NCBI RefSeq assembly: GCF_006345805.1
Contig: NC_042999.1
Span: 114,142,001 to 114,206,000, forward strand
Direction of reading: 5' to 3'
DNA: 64,000 nt
Source of the DNA: Octopus sinensis
Taxonomy: Eukaryota
Part shown: positions 52,041 to 64,000 of the stretch, one piece after another
Position numbering within the stretch: position 1 is the first letter of the stretch
How the letters are laid out: each line of letters opens with the position of its first letter
Notes under the pieces: generated by a model
What the model saw: only the letters and a program-made list of their open reading frames with translations
What the model was told of the DNA's origin: nothing
Database searches by the model: none
Made by a program: the position numbers and the translations under genes

Positions 52041-52259
52041 CCCTTTAGCAATCAGATTTCTTTGTCAAATACATATTTAGTCATATTGTTTTGAATCTGT
52101 CATACATTACTTTGTAGCTATGTGATTTCAATGATGTATGTGATGGTATATTTTTAGAATTACATTGTATGGTAAGTGGAGGAGGTCTGATCTGGTCAAT
52201 TTGAACATAAGACGGGTAGAATATTTGGGCCTGATTTGGCTTGTTTGAATATTAAAGGG
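52041..52259. mobile_element. piggyBac-type MITE P1, complete (219 bp)
   Basis: ttaa|ccctttagc ... ttaaaggg|tcaa. Confidence 0.75.
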
Positions 52260-52527
52260 TCAAGTCAAGTTAAAAGTCCTTGTGTTTTTTTCTGAATGGC
52301 AAATATGTTTTGTACACTGCAAATGGATCATATCACTTGCCTACCAAGTACGCCTCTGAAAAACATGATTGTTTTTAACATAGCTACAAGACTCGAAATT
52401 TGGTGGGGGGAAGGTTAGTTAGTTATACTGATCCCAGTACTTGACTGGTACTTCATTTCATCAACCCCTTCACCAAAAATATGTATGATAAAGTCGACTT
52501 CAATGGGTCAACTCAGAACAAAACAAT

Positions 52528-52825
52528 TGTGGAGGCATATGGCCTAGTGGTTAGAGCAGCGGACTCGCGGTCGAGGGATCGTGGATTCGAATCTCAGACG
52601 GGCGATGTGTGTGTTTATGAGTGAAACACCTAAGCTCCATGCGGCTCCGGCAGAAGGTAATGGCGAACTTCTACTGACTCTTTCGCCATAACTTTCTCTC
52701 ACTCTTTCCTCCTGCATCTTGCAGCTCACCTGTGACAGACCGGTGTCCCGTCCAGGTGAGGAACCTATATGCCAAGGAAACCGGGAAACCGGCCCTTATG
52801 AGCCAAGTGTGGCTCGAGAAGGAAC
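52528..52825 (+). mobile_element. Young tRNA-headed SINE nested in a SINE B
   Basis: tggcctagtggttagagc (A box), ggattcgaatc (B box), then a non-tRNA body; SINE B halves at 52380-52520 and 52830-52880. Confidence 0.8.
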
Positions 52826-54124
52826 ATAAAGAATTGGGACAAATACTGCAAGGCATTTTGTCAGATACTCTAACAATTTCAACAAAAACATTCAATTTCA
52901 TTTTTGTACTCTGCCTACACACACACACAGATTCTTGATGTGAAATTCATTTACTGAAACTCATAAGTACTCTGGGAGGTTTTGAATTATTGATTAATTA
53001 CTGAATCAAAAATTAATTAATTAATTAATTGACAATAAAGAAGTAAACTGTAACTGGTACCTCTGTCTTTTTTATTGTTAGAACGACCCAAAGTAATCTC
53101 AAGTATAACAATAATATTTGAACTTAGGCACAAAGTCAGATATGTTTTGCTTGGAGAAGAGGAAGAGGTTGTACCGTTTACTATATTGGATTACAATACT
53201 AACTATGAGTCAGTGAGTAACCTTTTTTGTGGTTACTTAACCTCATAGAAATAGCAGCTAACTCATTCTCAAATTATACAACATCATCATAAAAAAAGAC
53301 ACTGGATAATGTAATTCAAAAAGAGAACAAAAAACAAAACAAAACAAAAAAAAACAACAAACAAAACAAAAGTGGAAAAGAAAAGAAAATGGAGAAAACT
53401 AGAGCTGGTCAAGGTTGGAATACTTTTGTTCATAGGTCAGCTTGATCAGAGTTTGTGACTAAACAACAACAGTAATAACACTGACTAAACAACTAAATGA
53501 GGGTATATTGTGTTACTGCACAGACCAACCCATTAATATGAAGAAACGTAGTGTACTGTGTTACTGCAATCCATTTGAAGTACTAGCTTTACCCCCTCCT
53601 CCTCCTCCCCCTCTCGAATATATCTCATGCACAAAATGCTATGCTGAATCCTCCTCTTCAGAACTGCAACTTGCACCTTGCAAGTTTTCCCTACAGGCAT
53701 GATAGTAACATAATCAATCTCATTAGCCTAAATGTACCAGCAAAAGTAGATTTTCTCCTCATGATAAAGAAAGAAAAACGGTTTAAACATTAATACAAAC
53801 TACAGCCTATACTGTGTTACTATACATATATAAATTACCAGCTTGTGGTCTGAGAGCTTAGGATTGCTGAAGGTATTATTGTGTTGTATTTCTGAACTGC
53901 TGTGAAAGAGTGATTCATTATATGACACTCAGTGCTAACTTTTGTAAACATAGGACAAGACCTTCTAGAAAAGTAACCCACAGTAGCACAATGTCTTATC
54001 CTACCTAGAGAGAATTTGTTCCTCTCTTAAAACTGGGTAAAAGCACTGATCCTGTAAATCTCAGGGGTACATGAACAAAACTTAACCACAATTCTCGACT
54101 GAAATGACAACCAGCTGCTATAAT

Positions 54125-54345
54125 AATCATTACTATAGCGAGAAGGCCTGAAATTTTTGGGAAAGAGGCAAGTCGATTACATCAACCCCAGTGCTTAACT
54201 GGTACTTATTTCATTGACCCCACCTCCCAAAAGATGAAAGGTAAAGGCGACCTTGGTAAAATTTAAACTCAGAATGTAAAGACAGACGAAACGCCACTGA
54301 GCATTTTCCCTAGCATGCTAACAATTCCGTCAGCTTGTCGCTTTA
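54125..54345 (-). mobile_element. SINE family B
   Basis: Homology to the 19.4-20.9 kb copies. Confidence 0.75.
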
Positions 54346-55247
54346 ACAGCTGCTACAATAACAGAGGACTCTGATTAGAGGAATCAATTATGTATATGAT
54401 AATTGTATGATGGAGTGGTGTTTCATAACTTACTACTTGTGTCCATAGTCACTACACTTAACCCACCATGGCTCAGTCCAGTCAGTTGTATTTATGTACC
54501 ACAGAAGAATTTACTAGTATAAATAGTAAAATAGATTAGGGTTTCTGTAGCTGGTACTACTGATTTAATTCTCTGTATGGTGTAAATGGATGCAGTTAAA
54601 TGGATTTTCTGATGACTAAAGACCATATTCAGTACCATCAAGAGTAGCAACTTGAGTAAATGCTAGAATTCCAAGAAATAATCAAGCTTTAATTACATGC
54701 AGGTAGGTGTAGATAGATGGAAAATATAGATATTCAAATAAACATTGAAAAAATGGGAGCAAGGGCTAAATGGAAAGAAGCAGTTCTGTACACATTTAGT
54801 AATGAATATGTAAAATGTAATGATGATCATAGTAGTAAAAGTTAAAGTGAATATATTTGGAAGAAAAATACTTTAGTTATTAATAAATATTTACTGCAAA
54901 AAGATTCACCTCACCACATAGTGACAGAAAATTCTACAGCCAGATAAGTTTTGTTAAAGTTTCTGCTGCAGAAGAAGAGTTTACTTCGTGAAAAAGTGAA
55001 AATTCTATAACTCAGTGGTTCCTTACCCATTTTAATAAGAAAAGAAGCCAATAATATCGAACATTGAAGAGCCAAGTTTGGAGGATGGCCACATTTTGGA
55101 ATGATCAGAGTAAGTAGGAAGATGCAAAATATATAAATAGTGCACATTTTATTATTGATAGAGAGACAGAATTTAAATTGGATATGATATAATGAAAACT
55201 AATATAAATAATACAAGTTCCATTTCGAACAAAAATATGATAGAAAT

Positions 55248-56590
55248 TTAACGAGATGCTTGACACTGAATTTCCCAACAAGCTTGATAATGTTCACTCA
55301 TAGATTAGTTGCAGAAAGCCTTAGAGTTTGATGTACATGCTTGTCAATAAACCTTGATTTCACTAATTTAAGATTTGAAAATGTTTGCTCACAAATATTA
55401 GTACAGCTGAAGATGGAAAACAATGCCAGTAGCAAATTATTTTAAAACCTGAATAAACTCTTCAGACAGAGATGTAGAAAATTTCACAAGACTCTTATCT
55501 TTAGAGTTACAGATTCAGTAAAATAACTTTGATAATTATTATACTGGTGTTTAGAATGTGAATTATTGTAAAATTTTGATGGAAGGTTTTAATGTGGATC
55601 ACTTTAAAACAGCAAGTTTGAATCATAAAAAGAAGGGCAGTCTCAGGCAGGTTGGTATCAAAAGAGGTTAAACTTGGACATCAGCCCATTGCTGGTTTGA
55701 AAAATCAATTACTTCCAATTGGTACTTTCCTTGAGTTTCCTCTGGATAAAAGGGATTCTAGAATAAGTGAATTTGTAAACGACGCTCATGAAAGTCTTCA
55801 AACCTGCACACACCTCCTCCGTCCCATCATTTATCCATGTTTCACTCTGACATGCGTTGGATGGTTTGACAAGATCTGATGGGTCCAGGACAGTTTGCTT
55901 TGGCATGGTTTCTTTGGTTGGATGAACTTCCTAACACCAACTACTTTACAGCATGTACTGAGTGTTATTTTCTCACCATCAACACTAGTGAGACTGTCAT
56001 GCAGTTTGCAAGAATCTCTTTATCAAACCCTTCCTGAAGTAGTTTTAGTGCTTCACAGTCCATAAAGTTCAAGAAAATATTATGCTTCTTCATCAGTTCA
56101 TTGTAAAAGAAGAACTATTCAAAATATTTTTTCAACAAACTATGCCTTGTGATCTCCATGTCATAAGTATTCAAATCACCCATAATTTCAGCCAAGAAAA
56201 TACAGTAAAAATTCCAGTTTTGATTGAAAAATACATCCTGATGTTTCCCATTTTCTGTCATAAACATTTCTCTCCTATTACAAAGTGTAAAGAAATATTT
56301 TAAAACTTCCCCTCTACTGATCTACCTCGTTTCAGCACAAAACAATATATTATTATATTGTGTATCTAAATCAGACAAAAATCCTTGAAACAGGATAATT
56401 AAATGCTTTGTTCTTGATAAAATTTACAGATGATACAACACTTCTGACATCTTCACATTTAATAACTTTACAACGCAATATCTCCTGATGAATGATGATG
56501 CAGCGAATTTCAAAGATATTGTTTCATTACTGTTAGAAAAAATTCATGTTTTAAATTTTTTCAATCAATCCAAATTTACTACCTAGCTTC
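55248..56590 (-). mobile_element. hAT transposase fossil (SPIN/GTF2IRD2-like), interrupted by a TTAA-type MITE and an RTE 3' end
   Basis: CIIIHQEIL, FLSDLDTQY..ETR*ISRGEVL, RFEDF..NPF..YQLEVID, TNICEQTFS, QCQASR*. Confidence 0.8.
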
Positions 56591-57743
56591 ATTTCCTCTG
56601 TATTTCTCTGAATAACTACCACCATGGGTCCTTCTTACTATCACTTGTCATACCAGCCTCCATTTCTCTCCCTAAGTAACTCATATCTCAAACAACCATC
56701 TCTCACACCAATCACCTCTCTCACTACTCCAATGCTGGCAGGATATTATTGATGATATAATTACTCTTTTGAAATCATGCTCAGTTACTGTCGTGCAATT
56801 AAGCTGACATTTCTGATGTGAGGGCCTCCTAATAAAAATGATAATTTAACCTCCCCAAATTGTTTTCAGCTCAAATTCCACTTTACCTTTTATCTTTCTG
56901 AGATCAATAAAATAAGTAGCGGGAAGGGGGGTATAGTTAATTTAATTGATTCTTTGTTAGAAGGTAGTGCTCCAGTATGATCACATATCAATGACAAAAC
57001 CATTAAAAATGTGCATGCGTGTTTGTGAGAGAAAGAGAGAGAGATGGGGGGGGGATTTATTACTGACGTAAGAAAGTCAAATAATGAAGGGAGGAGATGG
57101 CTGGTAATAAAACAAAACTCAAAATGAATCAGTGTGTATACGTGTACACATGCTTCTCGTTTTGTGCCCCTTTGCTCTGACATACACACCCTTTCCCTTG
57201 GAAATAGAGGAATTTTGAACAGTGCATAACCAGAAAACGAAAAAAAAAAAAAATTCAAAGAGATGTTAACAGATAAAAAATATATAATAAAGTAACTATT
57301 CATAAACAGAGAGGAATAGAGGAAAAATTATACATAGTAATTTTTGGAAATTGCCTTCTTGTCTAGTCCTAAGTTTGTCATCCTATTCACCCAAATTATT
57401 GAAAATATAGGTGTAGTGAATGGAGAGAGAGAGAGAGAGAGAGAGTGAGTGAGTGAGAGAAGAATCATCACAAAAGAAAACACAAAAGATGTTTTTTTTC
57501 AAATATGTATTGAAAATTCAAAACAAAACCAGACAAAAAAAAAAGAAAGAACAAATAAAATTCTAATTAACCCATTCCTACTTAATAATTGAATCAGCAT
57601 GCACACACACACACAAAGAATTGCTTTTTAATAAATCCAATAATTCATTATAAATAATGAGTTAGGAGATTTAGTAGCTGTAGGTGCATACTTCTCTATT
57701 TAATTAGCAATAAACCAAAGAAAATCTTTATTGATTAAATAAT

Positions 57744-57774
<31 letters not shown>

Positions 57775-57836
57775 AAGTAACTCATACATGGGAAAAGTCA
57801 TTTAAATCTTTCATAAGGTTAGCAACAATATACATT

Positions 57837-57898
<62 letters not shown>

Positions 57899-57966
57899 TA
57901 TATATGTAATATATATTATATATATAAATATGTTTAATATATAATATATATATATAATATATACAT

Positions 57967-58342
57967 TCTTTTATTTGTTTCACTCATTTGACTGCGAGCT
58001 TGCTGGAGCACTGCCTTTAGTCGAACAAATTGACCCCAGGACTTACTCTTCGTAAGCCCAGTACTTATTTTATCGGTCTCTTTTGCTGAACCACTAAGTT
58101 ACAGTGACGTCAACACACCAGCATCGGTTGTCAAGAGATGGTGGGGGACAAACACAGACACATAAACACAAACATATATATATATATATATATACAACAG
58201 GCTTCTTCTCAGTTTCCATCTACCAAATCCACTCACAAGGCTTTGGTTGGCCTGAGGCTATAGTAGAAGACACTTGTGGGACTGAACCTGGAACCATGTG
58301 GTTGGTAAGCAAGCTATTTACCACACACCAACTCCTACGCCT
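57967..58342 (-). mobile_element. SINE family A, near full length
   Basis: Homology to the 3545 copy. Confidence 0.9.
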
Positions 58343-58371
58343 ATATATATACATATTATATATATATATTG

Positions 58372-58722
58372 ATAGAAATGGTAAGACATCAAAAGAATGA
58401 AAGAGACCTCGATATTATGTAAATAGAGGAATTTATCTGTAAATGTAATTTGTGACAATTATTTGGTAGCCATGATAAAACTCTGAGTTTCGGATGTCGG
58501 TGTGGAAATCCACACCGCCATCTCTTCAGTTATCGAGCCATCGGATTTGTCCTCTTCCATGTTGTAAAAGAAAGCTTTCCATCTCATGCGCTTAATAAGG
58601 TCTGTAATTTTCTCCAAAAGGCCCAATGGTTGGATAATTGGAGAGATTGTGGCATGGATTTCCACCGCAACATCCGAAACTCGGCATTTTATCACGGCTA
58701 CCGAATAATTGTCACATAATTG
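58372..58722 (-). mobile_element. Penelope-like pLTR fragment with an inverted partial copy
   Basis: LEKITDLIKRMRWKAFFY (PLE ORF N-terminal motif); 58451-58512 is inverted at 58655-58718; hammerhead motif. Confidence 0.8.
58474..58534 (-). ncRNA. Type-I hammerhead ribozyme motif
   Basis: GATAA-CTGAAGA-[GATGGCGGTGTGGATTTCCACACCGACATCC]-GAAA-CTC-A-GAG-TT-TTATC: stems I, II and III all pair. Confidence 0.75.
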
Positions 58723-58739
58723 AAAGCAGTGAAGAGTCC

Positions 58740-59681
58740 TGCCTGAAAATACAACTGCTGGAGATTGGAAAAAAAAAATCTGCAACTTTCCCATGAAAAA
58801 GAAAGAGCAGACAAAGAAGCCTGGGCTATAGACAACATAAAATCTAACCCCAGAGCTTTCTACAAGTTTGCCAAAGAAACAGCTATGGTGCACTGTAGGA
58901 TAGGGCCACTCCTTGAAAAAGATGGTACACTCACAGGAAATCCAATGAGGGTAAGTGAAATACTAAATGAGCAATTCAAAAGTATTTTCACTCCACCCCT
59001 AGGGCATATTCAAGTCAGCAATCCAACTGACTTCTTTACCACTGCAGATATAAAAACAAGCAATGATGATCGATTACATCAATATAAAGGAAGACGATGT
59101 AATAAGGGCTATAGATGAAATGAACCCAAACTCAGCTACTGGCCCTGATGGATTTCCCAGCAATCCTTCTAAAAGTATGTAAACGAGTCCTAGCAAGACC
59201 ACTGCAGTCCCTCTTTCAGAGCTTCCTTGCAACTGGCAAACTTCCAAGAAAACTGAAGGAGGGTAAAATATGCCCTATTCATAAAGGAAGTAGCAGAGCG
59301 GAGTCCAAGAACTACAGACCTATCTCTCTGACCTCACACATCTGCAAGGTCATGGAACAAATAGTCAGAAGAAAACTAATTGCCTTCCTTGAAGAAAATG
59401 ACTTGCTGCCTGACACCCAACATGGTTTCTGACCAGGAAGAAGCTGCCTGACTCAGCTTTTACAACACTATGACTGGGTGCTGAAATAGCTGCTCAACCA
59501 CTCAAATGTGGAAGTGATATATCTCGACTTTGCAAAGGCCATTGATAAAGTCAATCACGGAATGATTTGTCACAAACTGCGAGATTTCGGCATAGTTGGA
59601 AAATTGGGAGAATGGCTTCATGACTTTCTGAAGGATAGAAGTCAGGTGGTAGTAGCCAATGGGGCCACCTCCAATGACACG

Positions 59682-59690
<9 letters not shown>
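58740..59690 (+). mobile_element. CR1-group ORF2 fragment (linker plus RT N-half)
   Basis: AIDNIKSNPRAFYKFAK, GPDGF, NYRPISLTS, QHGF, YLDFAKAIDKV; paralogous to 31190-32040. Confidence 0.9.
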
Positions 59691-59738
<48 letters not shown>

Positions 59739-59758
59739 ATATATACAATATATATCAT

Positions 59759-60152
59759 AGGCGTAGGAGTGGCTGTGTGGTAAGTAGCTTGCTTACCAAC
59801 CACATGGTTCCGGGTTCAGTTGCACTTACGTGGCACCTTGGGCAAGTGTCTTCTACTATAGTGTTGGGCCGACCAAAGCCTTGTGAGTGGATTTGGTAGA
59901 TGGAAACTGAAAGAAGCCCATTGTATATACATATGTGTGTGTGTTTGTGTGTCTATGTTTCCCCCCCCCCAACATTGCTTGACAACCGATGCTGGTGTGT
60001 TTATGTACCCGTAACTTAGTGGTTCGGCAAAAGAGACGATAGAATAAGTACTAGGCTTACAAAGAATAAGTCCTGGGGTCGATATGCTAGACTAAAGGTG
60101 GTGCTCCAGCATGGCCACAGTCAAATGACTGAAACAAGTAAAAGAGTAAAAG
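59759..60152 (+). mobile_element. SINE family A, full length
   Basis: aggcgtaggagtggctgtgtggtaag ... gaaacaagtaaaagagtaaaaga. Confidence 0.9.
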
Positions 60153-60227
60153 ATTATACATATATAATATATACAATGTATAAGCTACCTGGTCTATGAG
60201 TACCTTCAGTACTGGTTATCTTCTTAC

Positions 60228-60338
60228 GAATGCTTTTTATGCAAACAGTAATCTCTAGATGTTCAAGGTTCGGAACTAACAGCATTAGCACCATCAATGT
60301 GGTAGGGTCTGCAATGGTAAAAGGCACTGCCCCTGAAG
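60228..60338 (-). CDS. Candidate internal exon of the host gene (111 nt)
   Basis: Acceptor tttgttaaacag, donor gtaaga; phase 1-1; SGAVPFTIADPTTLMVLMLLVPNLEHLEITVCIKSI; the other two frames are closed. Confidence 0.55.
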
Positions 60339-60750
60339 CTGTTTAACAAATAGCCTCTACATACATACATTCATTCATTCAAAGTTACTTCACAGCAGCT
60401 TAGTTGATAAAGTGGTGGCTGAAGTGTTGATGGTTCATGTTTTTATTTCACATATTCAACATTCAGATGTTGTAGGATATGTATCATCGACATATCATTG
60501 TAATTTCTGTTATAAGCAATAACAGTTTGGTATGAATCATAACTTCTTTTGTTAGGCAGTGAGCTAAAATTCTACTGTCAATTCTAATGTCTCCTAGATG
60601 CACAAATCTTCTTCAGTGACTATCCTGACAACCCAGTGGATTATAGAACTTATCATTACACTCACACACACCTTAGTTAAAAACCATTTGCTTTAGATGT
60701 TGGTGTGATATATTACTTGTATTTATCACTTCCTTTCTCTATACACTTAC

Positions 60751-60859
60751 ATTCATTTTCTTCTATGCTTGTATTGGTGTGAAATATATTTTTACTGGAA
60801 TACTTCAATACAGCTTCCCTGCTGAATTTCCTAACTATTGCTAACCACTTTATTGTAAA
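60751..60859 (-). CDS. Candidate internal exon of the host gene (109 nt)
   Basis: Acceptor ttttgcttctag, donor gtaagt; phase 0 to 1; FTIKWLAIVRKFSREAVLKYSSKNIFHTNTSIEENE; in phase with the 60338 exon. Confidence 0.55.
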
Positions 60860-60929
60860 CTAGAAGCAAAAACTGGATTTATCAATCAGTCAAACTAGAC
60901 AGGGAAGGTAAAGCTTTGTTGACTAGTAG

Positions 60930-61295
60930 TAGTAGTATGGGGGCATGCGCTGGAATGGTTATTACTGCATTGACCATTTGTTGATGATTACCTACTCATG
61001 GCAGATGACACCTTTGCACCACTCAAGTGACAACCCTCCAATCCATGGGTCTGTTTGTGTCGTCATTACTGGTAAGGGTTTTATGGGGTTAGAGTGCAAA
61101 TCCTACCTCAACCACTTTCAGATGCCTTTTACAACATGCAGAGGAAACATCGAGACTATCCTTTGGCATGCTGATCCCCACACAACTCTAGAGCAACATG
61201 AAATGAAGTGCTTCACTTAAGAACACAACATGTAGCCTGATCCAGGAATTGAACTCACAAATGCTAAATCACGAATGCAACACCCTAACCACTAG
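60930..61295 (-). mobile_element. SINE family C variant
   Basis: gagcaacatgaaatgaagtgc..ggaattgaactcac..aaccactaggccac. Confidence 0.65.
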
Positions 61296-62064
61296 GCCAC
61301 ACAACCCCACTTGTTGACAAGGATATAGTTAAATTTGAACTCATAACCATAAGGTCAGTAGTCTGGAACTTTGACCCCCAAAGTCTTTTGAATGAGTGAT
61401 AAAGTAAAAGCAGGAATGTCCATGTCCTGTTACTAGATTGTGTTGATAAGCACTTAGCACTCAACAACCAGCCTCTAAGTTGGTTCCATAATTACATAGC
61501 TACTGGATTGTTGTAACTAAGCGGTAACTGCATGGTCCAAGTGGGGAGTCTCAATGGTGATCAAAGACAGGCAAGAATCCTATCTAATAGAAGATTAGTC
61601 TCACATCCTGCTAATGTTAGAGAGACTGGAGGTAAGAACTGAACCAATAGAGTGAATTTTTTTTTTGAAGGATTATGGCCGAATCTAACAGTTGGATAAA
61701 GAAGTGCCAAGTGATCCAAGTAGGAAAAATTGGCAGAAGAGGAAGGTATGAGAAGCGGTGAAAGATGATTTCAGAAAACTGAGCTTCATGGAAAAATGAG
61801 AAAGATGTGAAGAGGCAGAAAGACATTGTGTTTGAGACTCATCCAATCCAAGCAAACATAAAAAAAAAAAAAAGGAGAAAAATGTAAAATGATGATGATG
61901 ATGATAATGTTGATATTGATCTGTTAGGACTTGAACTATATATGCACCTCCTGCTGGGTGACCACTTTAATGATGATACCGTTCTTGAATTTGTGTACCT
62001 GATATTACAGTCAGAGTATACAGAATAGTGGCTCCAGTTCTCTGAAGTTACTGGATTTCATCTC

Positions 62065-62191
62065 TTATCTTCAACTTGTTTCAGTCAGACTGTGAAAATG
62101 CTGGGGCACTGCCTTGAAGAATTTTTAGATGACAGTCTCTTTTACTGAAATGTTAAGTTACGGGGATGTAAACACACCAGCATTGACACAG

Positions 62192-62243
<52 letters not shown>

Positions 62244-62460
62244 CATGCTAGCATGGAGAACGGACGTTAAACGATGATGATGATATATATATATATATAC
62301 ATACAATGGGATTCTTTCAGTACAAAATCCACCCACAAGGTTTTGGTCAGCCTGAGGCTATTTTAGAAGACACTTGCCCAATGTACCACACACTGGGATT
62401 GAACATGGAACCATGTGGTTGGGTAGCAAGCTTTTTACAGCACAACCGCACCTGCATCTA
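62065..62460 (-). mobile_element. SINE family A fragments with a short RTE tail inside
   Basis: Homology to 3545; catgctagcatggagaacggacgttaaacgatgatg at ~62245. Confidence 0.7.
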
Positions 62461-62870
62461 CACAGCTAACACATACTTATTATTTATATTTCTCCTTTAG
62501 ATAGTTCATGATTTAGATTTACTGTATCGTATCCATTTATCTGTCTCCTTATAAATTTCTTTCTTCACCCTCTCCATCCACCTACACACACTTTCCCACT
62601 TCACACACACACACACAAGATGCATATATGTTTACATCAAACACACACATCAAGAAATAAGTTTATAGCTGTAACTAATGTGACTATAGAAATGCCTGTT
62701 GTGACCAAGGACATCATTTACCTCACTTATAGCTGTTTCCTCATTCAGCTATAGCAAATCATGTAGTATTAGTAAATCTTAAACCCCACCTCCTCAAACT
62801 ATACAAAAATACATCTGAACACACAGATTACAACATTTATATACAAAGCTTTGGAAAGCAGATATGATAA

Positions 62871-62901
<31 letters not shown>

Positions 62902-64000
62902 TATTATTATAATGATGATGAAAACCTACACCATAACGGAAATCATTTGCTGAAATTTAATTTTTTTTGCTCTATATCCACCCATATTTTCTTTTCTAAA
63001 TTTAGTTATTTTGAATGTAGAAAAGAATTTTCTTTTAGATATCTCAATATTTACCATCAAGGAAACTAAAAAAAAAGAAAGAAAATGTTAATAGTGACAA
63101 AAAGGGGTTTTATTACTCAGTAAACTACAAGACCGTCCGGTCTGTCCTGAAGCAAAGAGCTAATAACAAAACCTACCAGCTTGACATCAATATTGGCATA
63201 ACAACAACATTATGAAAATAGATGGTCTTCAGTAATAAATATTACACACATACTAAACAATATACATATTCACTAAGTCAGTCACTCACATTATTACTTT
63301 TCAACACTCTCATCACACAGTCTCAACAGCTTCCTCATTCATTAACATACAAGCAACTCCACACACACACATAATAAATTACATACACATCCATTCAGTT
63401 ACACTACTATTCTTTTACCCACTCATGCTACTCATCAAACACATACACATAATCACAATATCACACATGCACATCTCACAGATATCCAAAAGATCTAAAC
63501 ACACACACACATAATTACAGAGCTAATAACAGTAAATATCAAATGACAAATGGCTCAGGCTTTTGACTCACGACAAGGAGTGCACACACACAATGCCATG
63601 ACAGCATTAATGGAAAGTAAATTTTGCAACCATTTTGCTTGGGCTTCATAAATTTTTTTTCTCTCTTTCTCTTTTAGATTTTATGGTTTAGTCAGAGGAG
63701 GAAGGGCAGGTCTTAACAACAATTTTACACGGTCTTGGAGACTGGAGACTAGTGATGAAAAGAGAGGAAAAATGCATGAGTCATGAGTTGCTGCTGATCA
63801 AGATGTTGAATTACTCTCAGACAGGATTCATGGTGTGAATTGTTTACTGCAAAGTGGATTCCAGTAAAGGAACTCGTAGGACCAAGTCAGGTGCTAAACT
63901 GGGTAAGGGATTAAATCTATTTTCCAAGAACAGGTACAATCCACCTGATTGACACTTTTTATGTGGCACCAACACTGGCAGGGTTACCAGGTAACTTGCA

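Noticed and set aside
52528-52610. tRNA gene
   Set aside because: A and B boxes are present, but the anticodon and acceptor stems do not pair and the sequence continues into a SINE body
53083-53210. Plus-strand open exon-like block with a strong acceptor and gtgagt donor
   Set aside because: Resembles a decayed SINE B (ttaggcacaaag...); no partner exon found
54911-55147. Minus-strand 78-aa ORF or exon
   Set aside because: Phase 2-2 reading does not fit the exon chain; no motif
61947-63607. Possible upstream exons VHKFKNGIIIKVVTQQE (~61947-61997) and MLSWHCVCALLV (63572-63607) on the minus strand
   Set aside because: Phases fit, but the blocks are short, one donor is weak (gtgcat), and chance matches are likely; needs RNA-seq

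Overview
AT-rich, microsatellite-rich eukaryotic DNA. The repeat families resemble octopus (cephalopod) repeats as I recall them; this is an inference, not a database result. Most of the window is transposon-derived. It holds a near-intact 5'-truncated CR1-group LINE (29.3-33.2 kb), several RTE LINE fragments and many RTE 3' ends, two Penelope-like (PLE) insertions that both carry inverted duplications, a DD37D (maT) Tc1/mariner fossil, a GTF2IRD2/SPIN-type hAT fossil, piggyBac- and hAT-type MITEs, and three tRNA-derived SINE families. A sparse minus-strand host gene is suggested by five phase-compatible exon candidates (60.9 kb to 15.6 kb); I do not recognise the protein. Best leads: (1) an in-phase T TTT TTA slippery heptamer at the start of an ATG-less ORF1/ORF2 overlap in the CR1 element; (2) a complete type-I hammerhead ribozyme fold in a PLE fragment; (3) a 1.4-kb PLE palindrome whose arms include apparently non-PLE DNA; (4) two paralogous decayed multi-exon segments on the plus strand; (5) a minisatellite grown from an RTE 3'UTR. 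No CRISPR array, rRNA or credible tRNA gene was seen. Repeat boundaries were read by eye and are approximate unless TIR/TSD positions are stated.
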